Shown: positions 13,227-24,639 of the stretch, piece by piece
Layout: each line of letters starts with the position of its first letter
How positions within the stretch are numbered: the stretch's first letter is position 1
Assembly (NCBI RefSeq): GCF_028641065.1
Contig: NC_073391.1
Location: forward strand, 45,074,001-45,138,000
Direction of reading: 5' to 3'
Source of the DNA: Leucoraja erinacea
Taxonomy: Eukaryota
DNA length: 64,000 nucleotides
The notes under the pieces: model-generated
What the model was told of the DNA's origin: nothing
Seen by the model: the letters and a program-made list of their open reading frames with translations, nothing else
Databases searched by the model: none
Translations under genes and position numbers: made by a program

Positions 13227-14152
13227 TTAATTTGATGGCGATAGTGATTCTGTCCCGAGGAAAGTGCGGTCTCTCCAGATGCATCACGCGGTACCTGGTG
13301 TCCATGGCGGTGACGGATCTACTGGTCGTGATCACAGCTGTCATCTTCAATCGCATTATTGGCATTTACTTTCCAATCAGTTTTATGTCCTTGACTCCCG
13401 CTTGTACACTCAGCACTGTGATCATTTATGCGGCCACCGAGAGTTCCGTCTGGTTAACGGTCGCTTTCACCTTTGACCGATTTGTAGCCATTTGTTGGCA
13501 GAAGTTGAAAACGAAATATTGCACCGCGAAAACAGCGATGGTGGTCATAGCGACAATTTGTGTGTTAAGCTGTTTAAAGAGCGTTCCCTGGTATTTCATC
13601 TACGAACCCCTCTACACAATTAACAACGTGCATTGGTTTTGTAACATAGTATCAAGCTATTACACATCAGTCCCATGGTCAATATTTGACTGGTTTGCAC
13701 GGATTTTAAACCCAGGTCTCCCTTTCATTTTAATTTTACTCTTCAATGCATTGACGGTCAGACATATTCTAATGTCCAGCCGGGCACGTAGGAGACTCCG
13801 GGGTCAGGGCACTGGAGAAAATCATAACGACCCTGAGATGGAGAGTCGGCGGAAGTCCATCATTTTACTCTTCGCCATCTCGGGCAGTTTCATCCTTCTA
13901 TGGATGACGTACGTTGTCGATTTTCTCTATGTGGAAATCTCAAACGAATCCTATTTCAGTGGTTCCAATTTCAACGACCCGAGGTTCATTCGCCAAGAAA
14001 GTGGAAACATGCTTCAGCTTTTGAGCTGCTGCACCAACACGTGTATTTATGTGGTGACCCAGAGTAAATTCAGGGAAGAGATAAGGAATGCTGCTCTGTT
14101 TCTTCGTGATCGTGTTGCTTCGTTAGTAAGATTGGGTTCTACATCCACTTAG
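13227..14152 (+). CDS. GPR139-like GPCR gene 2, exon 2 (spliced protein ~331 aa)
   Basis: Acceptor ttttcacAG|TT AAT TTG; intact 7TM ORF with DRF and NTCIY. Confidence 0.93.
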
Positions 14153-14164
14153 ACCTCTGATTTA

Positions 14165-14522
14165 AGGGCCTGTCCCACGAGCATGCGACTGCATGCGGCA
14201 AGCGCGGCCAAACCAGAAGCGGGGGTCGCGCGGGGGTCGCGCGGAGGTCGAGTCAGTGGTGAAGTTCGAGCGAAGTGGTGAAGTTCGAGCGAAGTCCGCG
14301 GGAAGTTCGCGCGTGACGTACGACGTCAAGGCGATCGAGGCGGTGCGTACGGCGTCAAGACGGTGAGTTTTCCGGAGCCCACGCGATGTCGGGACCAGCT
14401 CCGCACAACTCCATACGGCTCCGACGATCGAAGTGGGACCGGCCCCGCGAGGCCGTACGGCTCAAGCGACCACGTTAGGTCGCGCTTGCCGCCTGCAGTC
14501 ACATGTTCGTGGGACAGGCCCT
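14165..14522. mobile_element. CpG-rich MITE, Harbinger-like TIR AGGGCCTGTCCCAC
   Basis: Terminal inverted repeats; TTA/TTG flanks; starts 13 nt after the gene 2 stop. Confidence 0.75.
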
Positions 14523-14837
14523 TTGGTATGTCCCGTTTTCGTCACGTTTTCTTCCTTTCAATGCAGTGATGAAATCGTTCTCCTGTGTTCGAGTAAAATG
14601 GGCAATAAATTAACTGTCCTCGTATTTATTCTTGTGCGATTGTCTGTAATTGGTAGCAACCCCCCAAAAAGTACATGCAATTGGCCAAATGTAACCGAAG
14701 TAGCCCACACTCTATTGTGAGCCTCTGACTTCCGCTGCTTCCACGACATTTCCCACCCATTTTCGCATGGGATGGAAAAATACGAAACAGTGGCAGCAAA
14801 ATGGTGAAACAAAGAAAACGAGAGCGCGGAGAAGGGT

Positions 14838-15065
14838 TTGAGAAGGAACTGCAGGTGCTGGAAAATCGAAGGTGCACAAAAATGCTGGAGAAACTCAGCG
14901 GGTGCAGCAGAATCTATGGAACGAAGGAAATAGGCAACGTTTCGGGCCGAAACACGTCTTCAAACTGACTTCAGACGCGAAGAAGGGTCCCAACCCGAAA
15001 CGTCATCTATCCGTTCCTTCCACAGATGTAGCCTGGCCCGGTTAGTTCCACCAACTTTGTGTGTT
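14838..15065. mobile_element. Penelope-type short repeats, head-to-head pair
   Basis: gaagggt..cccgaaacgtc and ctggagaaactcagcggg family motifs on both strands. Confidence 0.6.
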
Positions 15066-15629
15066 TGTCCTCAAATAGAAGCAGCAGTTCGTCCCCAATT
15101 CGATGTGTTAGTGGCTGGGCGACACAGTTCTCCCTGCTTTATTTTCGTTCTCTTTTGCCACACGTACAAAAATATTCAACTACATTTTGACGTTTCTGAT
15201 TAGCTGGGTATCCAAAGCACGGAATTCCGAAGATGCAGACATGGGCGACACTTCATTAACTGTACCCTCAATTATCCAGCGGTTAGAACACAGCACATAA
15301 AAACACGTTCAGCGCAGGAACAGGCCCTTCGGCCCACAATGTCTGCGCTGGACACGTTGCCAAGCTAAATCACCTACAGTGTACAAAATCACGAGTGGAA
15401 TAGATCGGGTAGAGTCACAGAGTCTCTTGCCCAGAGTAGGGGAATTGAGGACCAGAGAACATATGTTCCCTGTGGAGAGAAGGGGAAATGATTTAATGGG
15501 AATCTGAGGGGTAACATTTTTTAAAACAAAGGGTGGTGGGGGTATGGAACCCGCTGCCAGATGAGGTAGCTGAGGCTGGGACTATCCCAATGTTTCAGAA
15601 ACAGTTTGACAGGTACATGGATAGGACAA

Positions 15630-15840
15630 GGTACACGAAAATGCTGGAGAAACTCAGCGGGTGCAGCAGCATATATGGAGCGAATGAAATAGGCAACGTT
15701 TCGGGCCGAAACCCTTCAGCCCGTTTCGGCCCGAAACGTTGCCTATTTCCTTCGCTCCATAGATGCTGCTGCACCCGCTGAGTTTCTCCAGCATTTTTAT
15801 GTACCTTCGATTTTCCAGCATCTGCAGATCCTTCTTAAAA
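15630..15840. mobile_element. Penelope-type repeat with inverted 5' copy, inserted into a CR1 with a 15-bp TSD
   Basis: ~85-bp inverted arms; flanks ACATGGATAGGACAA (15615) and ACGTGGATAGGACAA (15841). Confidence 0.75.
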
Positions 15841-17929
15841 ACGTGGATAGGACAAATTTGGGGGATATGGACCAAGCGCATGTAGGTGGGGCTGGTGTGG
15901 CTGGGACATGTTGGCCAGTGTAGGCACGTTGGGCCGAAGGGGCTGTTTCCACATTATATCACTCTTCGACTCTATGACTCTAAACGAATCTCATCTGGCT
16001 GCACAAGATCCATACCGTTCCATTCCGTGCACAATCCGACGCCCATCTGAACCCCTCTGAAACGCCACCACCGTATCTGCTCCCACCACCACTCAGGCAA
16101 CGAGATAAAACTCCCCACCACCATATCTCCTTTAAACTTTGCACCTTTTACATTAAAAAAATAATCCCTCTCGTCTTTGACATGTTCATCCTGGGAAAAG
16201 GATTCGCTATCTCTGCCCTGTCTATGCCTCTCATAATGTTGTATGCTGCACCACTATAAGATCTCGCCGCAACCTTCGGCAATCCGGCTATTATGTGATA
16301 GATTACAGAAGTGAAAACATGCTCTCAAGTTCACGTGAACATTTTAGATTTTATAATATGGTCACTTCCGCTTCTAAACTCGGAGAATAATGTCATGTGC
16401 TACCCAATATCATTAAGTCGACGTTTTGTAAACACGCGCTCTGTGCACAGCGTGAAAGGTTGATATGTTAATGCTTTCAGTTTAGCAGTAATGCCAAGCT
16501 GACCATTCGATAGGAATCTTACTGAAGTGCTTACTGATGAGAACCCGTGTCTAATGCACCGATGAAAAGGCGGCAAATTGGAAGTGTGAAATATGGAGAG
16601 AAGGGGAGTGGGGGAGAGAGAAAGCAAGAAGCGGGGCATTTTGGGATCCCTATTTACCATCCCTTTGCGTCTCGGCCGCAGTACATGGAGCCGCCAATCC
16701 GAGTGTTTCGCAATTGTAAGGGAAGCAGCGCAGAAATGTTGGACGTACCGGTCTGGCTGTTAATTAAAATCACCCAAATTAGCTCATTGCCGTTCTAGCT
16801 GGAAGAGGACGGGATGTCGGCCCAAGGCTGGCACTTTGATAGGTGAGAGTTCCACCAGCACTACACTAGAGACGTATTAGGGCGATGTTACTGAAGTAAC
16901 AATAGCAGGTTTGGTGTAAGGCCGAATACGTGGTCCTTTGTTCGTCTTTGATCGAGGCTCCGAATTGGCGTGTTCACCTCGATACCATCTCCAAGCAAGT
17001 AGGGGTAACTTATGGGAAGCTAATGGTGGAGTGGCGGTGACTTGGGCAGTGGGTTCTGAGTATGTGTTCCAAACCCCGACGCTGTGGGTCCATCACCCCA
17101 ATGCAACAAGATGGGTTCAGGCATGGAGAGGCATGGGAACAGGCCATTTGGCCCATTGAGTGCACACTGACCATCAGATTCAGATTCAGATTCAGATTCA
17201 ATTTTAATTGTCATTGTCAGTGTACAGTACAGAGACAACGAAATGCATTAGAAAATAAGTTTGCTAATGGCAGTATGCAGCTCTTTCATTAGCATCAGGA
17301 GGGATATTGGCTGCAGTCACAACAGTGGAGGTGAACTCTCTGGGCAGATAGAACGGTCTGCATCTAACCAAGAGGAATTCAAGGTTAGCTGAGCAGTGAC
17401 TCTCGATGATGGTGGAGTCCGTGCACCATGCTTTGTTTACATAAATGCACAGACCCCCCCAATCCTACACCAACCAATCCTACACCAATTTAAACACTTT
17501 ATTCTCCCCATATTATCGTCAAATACCCCCCACATTCTATCACTCGCCGACACACAAAGGCCAATTTATAGCGGCCAATTAACTTAGCAACCTGCAAGTC
17601 TTTGGGATATAAGAAGAAAACCGGGACAGTCTGAGGGAGAACATGCAAACTCCACACAGACAACACCCGGGGTCAGGATTTGAACCCGGGTCTCTGGTGC
17701 TGGGAGGCGCTGTGCCATCTGGAAATACAGGATCATATCCCCACTCTTTTCTGGTTTGTTGCGCTGTTCCTGTGATACACAACACTCCTGTCGTAACATT
17801 ATTAGCCGTTCAAATATTGGGGTGATCTTACTCGACATCTTCTGTCCCCTCCATGAACTCCTTTCCATTGAGATGTTTCACTGTGCATCACTTTCCACCG
17901 CCTTCTCAACATCGGCCAACATCGGTAAG

Positions 17930-18395
17930 TTCATAAGTGGGAGGAGCAGAATTAGCCCATTCGGCCCTTCGAGCCTGCACCGCCATTCAATATGATCATG
18001 GCTGATCATCCAACTCAGCATCCCGTACCTGCCTTCTCTCCATACCCCCTGATCCCCTTAGCCACAAGGACCACATCTAACTCCCTCTTAAATATAGCCA
18101 ATGAACTGGCCTCAACTACCCTCTGTGGCAGAGAGTTCCAGAGATTCACCACTCTCCGTGTGAAAAAAGTTCTTCTCATCTCAGTTTTAAAGGATTTCCC
18201 CTTTATCCTTAAGCTGTGACCCCTTGTCCTGGACTTCCCCAACATCGGGAACAATCTTCCTGCATCTAGCCTGTCCAACCCCTTAAGAATTTTGTAAGTT
18301 TCTATAAGATCCCCTCTCAATCTTCTATATTCTAGAGAGTATAAACCAAGTCTATCCAGTCTTTCTTCATAAGACAGTCCTGACATCCCAGGAAT
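17930..18395 (-). mobile_element. CR1 LINE 3' fragment
   Basis: 123-aa ORF SGLSYEERLDRLGLYSLE...GYGEKAG. Confidence 0.9.
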
Positions 18396-18779
18396 TCAAT
18401 CATGGCTGGTCTATCTCTTCCGCTTAACCTCGTTCTCCTGCCTTCTCCTGATACCCATGTGCTTCTGCCTTTCTTTAGCTGCTGGTAACGTCCTGGTTCA
18501 TCTCTAGGCTCTCTCTGAGACACACTCTGGAATGTGCAGTGCAAACTTTCAGCTGCAATATCCGTACACAGTCTAAGTCCAAATTGTGCATCATTTATTT
18601 CCAACTATCTCTGCTTCCCGCGCAGATATTTGATCCCGAAACCATTCCACATCTGTGCCTCTCCCTCCTATCGTCGACCAGACTCGGGAAACCAAACTCA
18701 TCTACACCGTCTGACCTAATGGTTCCTTATCCGCCCTGGAACGCATAGGTATTTCTGAAAACGCTCCTTTGAGGGCTTA

Positions 18780-19016
18780 TGCCCCTGTCCCACTTAGGAA
18801 ACCTGAACGGAAACCTCTGGAGACTTTGCGTCCCACCCAAGGTTTCCGTGCGGTTTCCGTGCGGTTCCCGGAGGTTTTTGTCAGTCTCCCTACCTGCTTC
18901 CACTACCTGCAACCTCTGGCAACCACCTGCAACCTCCGGGAACCGCACGGAAACCTTGGGTGGGGTGCAAAGCCTCCAGAGGTTTCCGTTCAGGTTTCCT
19001 AAGTGGGACAGGGGCA
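18780..19016. mobile_element. Palindromic MITE, Harbinger-like (TIR TGCCCCTGTCCCACTTAGGAAACC), TTA TSD
   Basis: Long inverted termini; TTA at 18777-18779 and 19017-19019. Confidence 0.85.
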
Positions 19017-19741
19017 TTAGGCTATTTTAGCTTAATGTTGTTAGAACACTATTTCCAATCAGTGTGGCTTGAGTGCATCCTATGCAGATTGGATTCGATT
19101 CGATATGTAGTTTGTAACAACTGTGAAAACATCTTACATTGTTGGGAGCATTAGTGCTGGCTCAATGTACTTCCGTCGTTTAGTTCGTATTGCGCTGTGT
19201 GGAAGGACCTTTAATGGTCCAGATGTACTAACAAACGAAAGTCTTATTTACGTGAGTGAAACTTCGTTCGTGGAGACCCTGTGTTTGTTCCGTGTACATT
19301 GCCTCGTGCCAGTATGACTTCCATTGAAGATAGACACAAAATGCTGGAGTAACTCAGTACGACAGGCAACATATTTGAAACATATAAGATTGTTAAGGGT
19401 TTGGACACACTAGACGCAGGAAACATGTTCCCGATGTTGGGGGCGTCCAGAACCAGGGGCCAAAGTTTAAGAACAAGGAATAAGCCATTTAGAACGGAGA
19501 CGAGGAAACACTTTTTCTCACAGAGAGTAGTGAGCCTGTGGAATTCTCTGCCTCAGAGGGCGGTGGATGCAGGTTCTCTGGATTCCATTGAGTTTGGATG
19601 CACGCATTTTGTTTCTGACGTTATTAGTTTCTGAAACGTCATTCAACCAACTGTAACGCGGGCACGGGGAGGGTGGGGGGGGGGGGGGGGGGGGGCAGAT
19701 ACGGAATCTGTTTGTACAACCAACGCAATAACTGACTGCGC

Positions 19742-19777
19742 TAATTGATTCTCTGTGGATTTCGAACACCTATAACT
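19742..19777 (+). promoter_or_regulatory. Putative core promoter of gene 3: TAATTG-NN-TCTCTGTGGA, TATAA at 19771
   Basis: Conserved with gene 2 while the flanks diverge. Confidence 0.45.
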
Positions 19778-19844
19778 GGGAGGCTCCTTGGACGTCGGAA
19801 GCAGCCGCTGTCGTATCGGGAGAGACCACCGCTTCTTATGCAAA

Positions 19845-19914
19845 ATGCACGGCCGAATAAGTGGTCCAGTTTATGCCATTTACTACCCAATTCTAGCAGC
19901 CATTGGAGTTCCGG
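19845..19914 (+). CDS. GPR139-like GPCR gene 3, exon 1 (MHGRISGPVYAIYYPILAAIGVP + 1 nt)
   Basis: Paralogous to gene 2 exon 1; donor CGG|GTGAGT; 70 nt. Confidence 0.9.
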
Positions 19915-21737
19915 GTGAGTCGTTTTAATAATCCATTGAATATTCAGATTCAGGACAATGAAATGACTGTGCTTACTTATAATTAACGAGGACATTGGTT
20001 TATCACCCACTTTGTTTTAATCTGATCGGGGGATTCTAGCTTGCTATGGGCGAAGTTATGATATGTTAGCGAGTATTCTTTATCACCAAAAGACATGTAG
20101 TGCTGGAGTGGCTCTGATGGTCAGGCAGTATCTCTGCGGAACATGGAAATGCGATGTTTCGTGTATGGATCCTTCTTCAGACGTCACCTCTCCATCTTCT
20201 CCAAAGATGCTGCCTGTCCCACTGAGTTACTCCAGCGCTCCGTGTTCTTATGTGTAAAGCAGCATCTGCGGTTCCTTGTTTCTACATCCCTTGTCACAAG
20301 TTTATTTTCCAGAACAATTCCCTTTAATTGATCGTTACGAATATATTTTAGACATTTGCACACCAAACCGTTGGATGTGATGGCACACCTTTGCCGGAGC
20401 AAAATTTGGGGAGAGTTTCCAACAATAGTATAACTGATATCTAGTTTGCATGTTGGTATAAAACATGTGCCGGCCAGTACGCGGCCGAAATATCAGCTCT
20501 CCTGAATTTTATTTTCATTGCGTATACGAGAGATGTATACTAACAGAAGTGATAAGATACGAATTGCAAATCGACCATCACCCATCGACGCAGCCGATGT
20601 TGCCATGATCCGCCCACCTAGATCGTCAAAAATCGGAATTTCCAGAGCAACTCGACAATCTGACATTTGACATCCATGTATTTGACATCCATTTGCCCTT
20701 CAAGAGAGAGCTAGATAGGGCTCTTAAAAATAGCGGAGCCAGGGAATATGGGGAGGATGCAAGAACGGGGAACTGATTGGGGAAGATCAGCGATGATCAC
20801 ATTGAATGGTGGTGCTGGCTCGAAGTGCCAAATGGCTTACTCCTGCACCTATTATCTATTATCTATTCTTCAAAAGAGAAATGGAAAAAAATAAACAGTC
20901 AGACTGGGAGGAAGGAGGACGCTTGGCTATTTTGGTATTGTATTGTATTTTAATGACCAAACAGCCAGGCTGGTGGAATTTGTTATCAGTACAGCTCGGT
21001 ACAGGTTCCAACATTTCATCAAACATTTAAACATATAGCATAGATATACATACAAACAGACACATTACATAATACATAAGGGCCATGCTTATTCTTATTC
21101 CTCACCGTACAGAGTTTAAAATGTTAATTGCAGTGGGAATGAAACTGTTTTTGAAGCGGTTTGTTTTGGAGGCAATTGTCCTGTAGCGCCTCCCAGAGGG
21201 CAGTAGCTGAAAGGCATAGTGTGCAGGGTGAGTAGGGTCAGAGATGATCTTGCGGGCTGTGTGTAATGTCCGTTTGTGGTAAATTGATTCAAGGGATGGT
21301 AGGGGTAAGCCAACAATTTATATTATTTTCATAATTCCAAAATTTGCCATCGATTATGACGGCGCTGTGGTGCGGCTGTTCGGGCCGCAGCCCATAATTC
21401 CCGGTAAAATACTGACCTCGGGTGCTGCGTACGTGCAGTTTTACACGTTTCCAATCGAGTGAATTTACATCCGCAGCCTCTGTTTCCTCGGAGACGTGAA
21501 TGTTGGCAAGGTAATTTCCAGTTGTAAATTGCTCCTTGTAGAAGCTGAGGGTGTTGATGGAGATGTGGGGAAATAGATCACTGGGACAATTAGTGGATTC
21601 TCCAATTGCTCTATGAGATAACAACATTTCACCGCAACAGCTTCCTTGTATGTCGCAATGAAACATGGCCAATATATTTTAAGAAATGTTAACATGAAGC
21701 AGCCACAAACGCCTAATAGTGTCCTTGAAACGATTAA

Positions 21738-21969
21738 AGGGCCTGTCCCACTTAGGCGTCATTTGCACGTCACGCAGATGGCGCGTGAAGATTTTGTACA
21801 TCCCAAAATCCTGGGGCGCCGCGCGCGAACACGCGTCACTGCCTACGGTACCACTCACCAGGCGCGCGTAATGGGCACCATGCGCGCATCACGTGCGCGT
21901 CGTGCGTCGTGACGCGTAAATGATGTCGCGTAAATGACGCGCAAATGGCGCCCAAGTGGGACAGGCCTT
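21738..21969. mobile_element. CpG-rich MITE, TIR AGGGCCTGTCCCACTT, in the gene 3 intron
   Basis: Inverted termini related to the elements at 14165 and 18780. Confidence 0.75.
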
Positions 21970-22151
21970 ACTTTCTATTGTGCAGCGTACTATAATTAAC
22001 AAATCCGATATGGCACAGTTATTGAAATATATGTAAGGGTGAAATTCACTGATATACAATCGTCCCCTCCTGTTAATTCAGATATCAAAGCTTTTTTCCT
22101 TCAAATTCCTACCGTATTCCAGCCTTACATTCTTACTTGTCTTTTTCACAG

Positions 22152-23059
22152 TTAATTTGGTGGCGATTGTGATCCTGTCTCGAGGAAAGTGCGGTCTCTC
22201 CAGATGCATCACGCGGTACCTGGTGTCCATGGCGGTGGCGGATCTACTGGTCGTGATCACAGCTGTCATCTTCAATCGCATTATTGGCATTTACTTTTCA
22301 ATTAGTTTTATGTCCTTGACTCCCGCTTGCACTCTCAGCACTGTGATCATTTATGCGGCCACCGAGAGTTCGGTCTGGTTAACGGTCGCTTTCACCTTTG
22401 ATCGATTTGTAGCCATTTGTTGCCAAGAACTAAAAATAAAATATTCTACCGAAAGAACGGCGACTGTGGTCATTGGGACAATCTGTGTGTTGAGCTGTTT
22501 GAAGAGCGTCCCTTGGTACTTTATATACGAACCCCTCTACACAATTAATGGCGTGCCGTGGTTTTGCAACATAATATCAAGCTACTACACATCAGTGGCA
22601 TGGACAATATTTGATTGGTTTGCACGAATTTTAAACCCAGGACTCCCGTTCTTATTTATTTTCCTGCTCAATGGTCTGACTGTCAAACACATTCTAGTGG
22701 CCAACAAAGCTCGCGGGAGACTCCGGGCGAAGGCCGGTGGAAAGACCGATAGCGACCCAGAGACTGAGAACCGAAGGAAGTCTATTATTTTGCTCTTTGC
22801 CATTTCCGGTAGTTTCATCCTTTTATGGATGACATACGTGGTCAATTTCCTTTATGTGCAAATTTCAAATGAACCCTATTTCGGGGGTTCCAACTACAAT
22901 GACCCAAGGTTCATTCGCCAAGAAAGTGGAAACATGCTCCAGTTGCTCAGCTGCTGCACCAACACCTGCATCTATGCAGCCACGCAAAGTAAATTCAGAG
23001 CGGAATTGAAGAATGCGGCAACATATATTTGTAACCAAATAGCAGCATTGGTGAGGTAA
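22152..23059 (+). CDS. GPR139-like GPCR gene 3, exon 2 (spliced protein ~325 aa)
   Basis: Acceptor ttttcacAG|TT AAT TTG GTG; intact 7TM ORF; closest to gene 2. Confidence 0.93.
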
Positions 23060-24639
23060 AGCGTCGCCTTACTTCGGCTTCACTCACTTCTTGGATTATA
23101 TTTCGTCACCTCTATCTTCCGTGCCCTAAATAGCGACAATTAGGCCTCTTGGTATACGCCCATGTCAATGCATCATCAACTCTAGTTTGGCCACACCATC
23201 AATCACCTGAGTTTGCTCAATCCATTCGTCTTACCTTTCGTTCCCAACAGTCATTAGAGCTGTTGAATCATCGAATCATTCAGCTTGCAAACAGGTCCTT
23301 CGGTCCATCGAGTCCGCGCCGACCATCAGACACCCATATCCACCATTCCCATATTAATCCTTTATTCCAAAAGTTCATATTTGACCATATGGCCAATCGC
23401 ATTTTTAGTAACTGTATTCCATCTGAACCGGGTTGTATAACACGAATCTTTTCCCAAAAATAGCACCTGTTTTTTTTCCATCTCAGATAAACATGCAAAG
23501 GATGGCCCTTGTGGCTAAGGGGATCAGGGGGTATGGAGAGAAGGCAGGTACGGGATACTGAGTTGGATGATCAGCCATGATCATATTGAATGACGGTGCA
23601 GGCTCGAAGGGCCGAATGGCCTACTCCTGCACCTAATTTCTATGTCTATGTTTCTATGTTTACCTGAGTATTTGTTTACTTGTCATTTACGTTCCCGCAT
23701 ACTCTGTTACTACTTTTAATTCCTCCTTTAACTCTCGATCATCTGTGCCATGCTGGTTCAACACAAATTTTGATCAACCCCAAGGAAATTTTGATCAATC
23801 TCAAGGAAATAAAACATATTAGTCCGATTGACTAGCAACATAATTGGGTTATTGATAGGGGACGATCGACCATGATCACAATGAATGGCGGAGCTGGCTA
23901 GAAGGGCCGAATAGCCTCCTCCTGCACCTATTTTCTATGTCTATCAATTAAACGTCGTGAAATATAATGCAAACCACGTGAGAAATTTTTAAAAAATGGA
24001 AGTCTGGTATGAAGTAAGTCTAACAGCGTACGCAGCAAAATAGAAAACGAGATGAAAGACGAAGGACATAGTGTTGTTTATAGATGAATGGAATTGGACC
24101 GTGATGTTGCCCGGTATCTGTAGGCCTCGGGCAGTAAATATAAGCTGCCAGGCCATCGATTTAAAGAAGGGTCTCGACCGGAAACGTCGCCTGTCCATTC
24201 CCTCCCCAGATACATCCTGACCCACAAAGTTCCCCCAGTATTATGTGATTTTCTGGGTTTATAGTTTCTCGTGTCTCTGTGATCATCGTTTTCCGTGCAC
24301 AGTGAGAAGGAAAGACGCGGTGGGAGCGGGTTTGATATTGTTGGTTGCATTTCCCAGGCATTGGGAGAAAAAGGTGGGGCGTTTATTCTGGTGTTTGTTC
24401 TAATGCCAAATAAAAGTATGGTACCTGCCTTATTGACTGGCTCTGACATCCATTATGAATTGCTTCCAGAGATAAGTGATGGTGCACATCAAATCCAGTC
24501 TATCAGCCATACTTGATTCATAGCAGTTTGATTACAGTTGCAACAGGCCCACGGGAGACGCCATCTCTCTGGTCCTGAACCCATCTCTGGAACGCCCAAA
24601 CAACAAATACTGATGATATCTTACACACCTCTTTGTTGA

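Noticed and set aside
18727-19030. Paired sense/antisense MPLSHL... ORFs (also 29796-30023)
   Set aside because: Result of the MITE's palindromic sequence, not genes
19838-19847. Out-of-frame upstream ATG before gene 3 (also 46429 before gene 6)
   Set aside because: Not conserved across paralogs and the TSS is unknown; no support for a regulatory uORF
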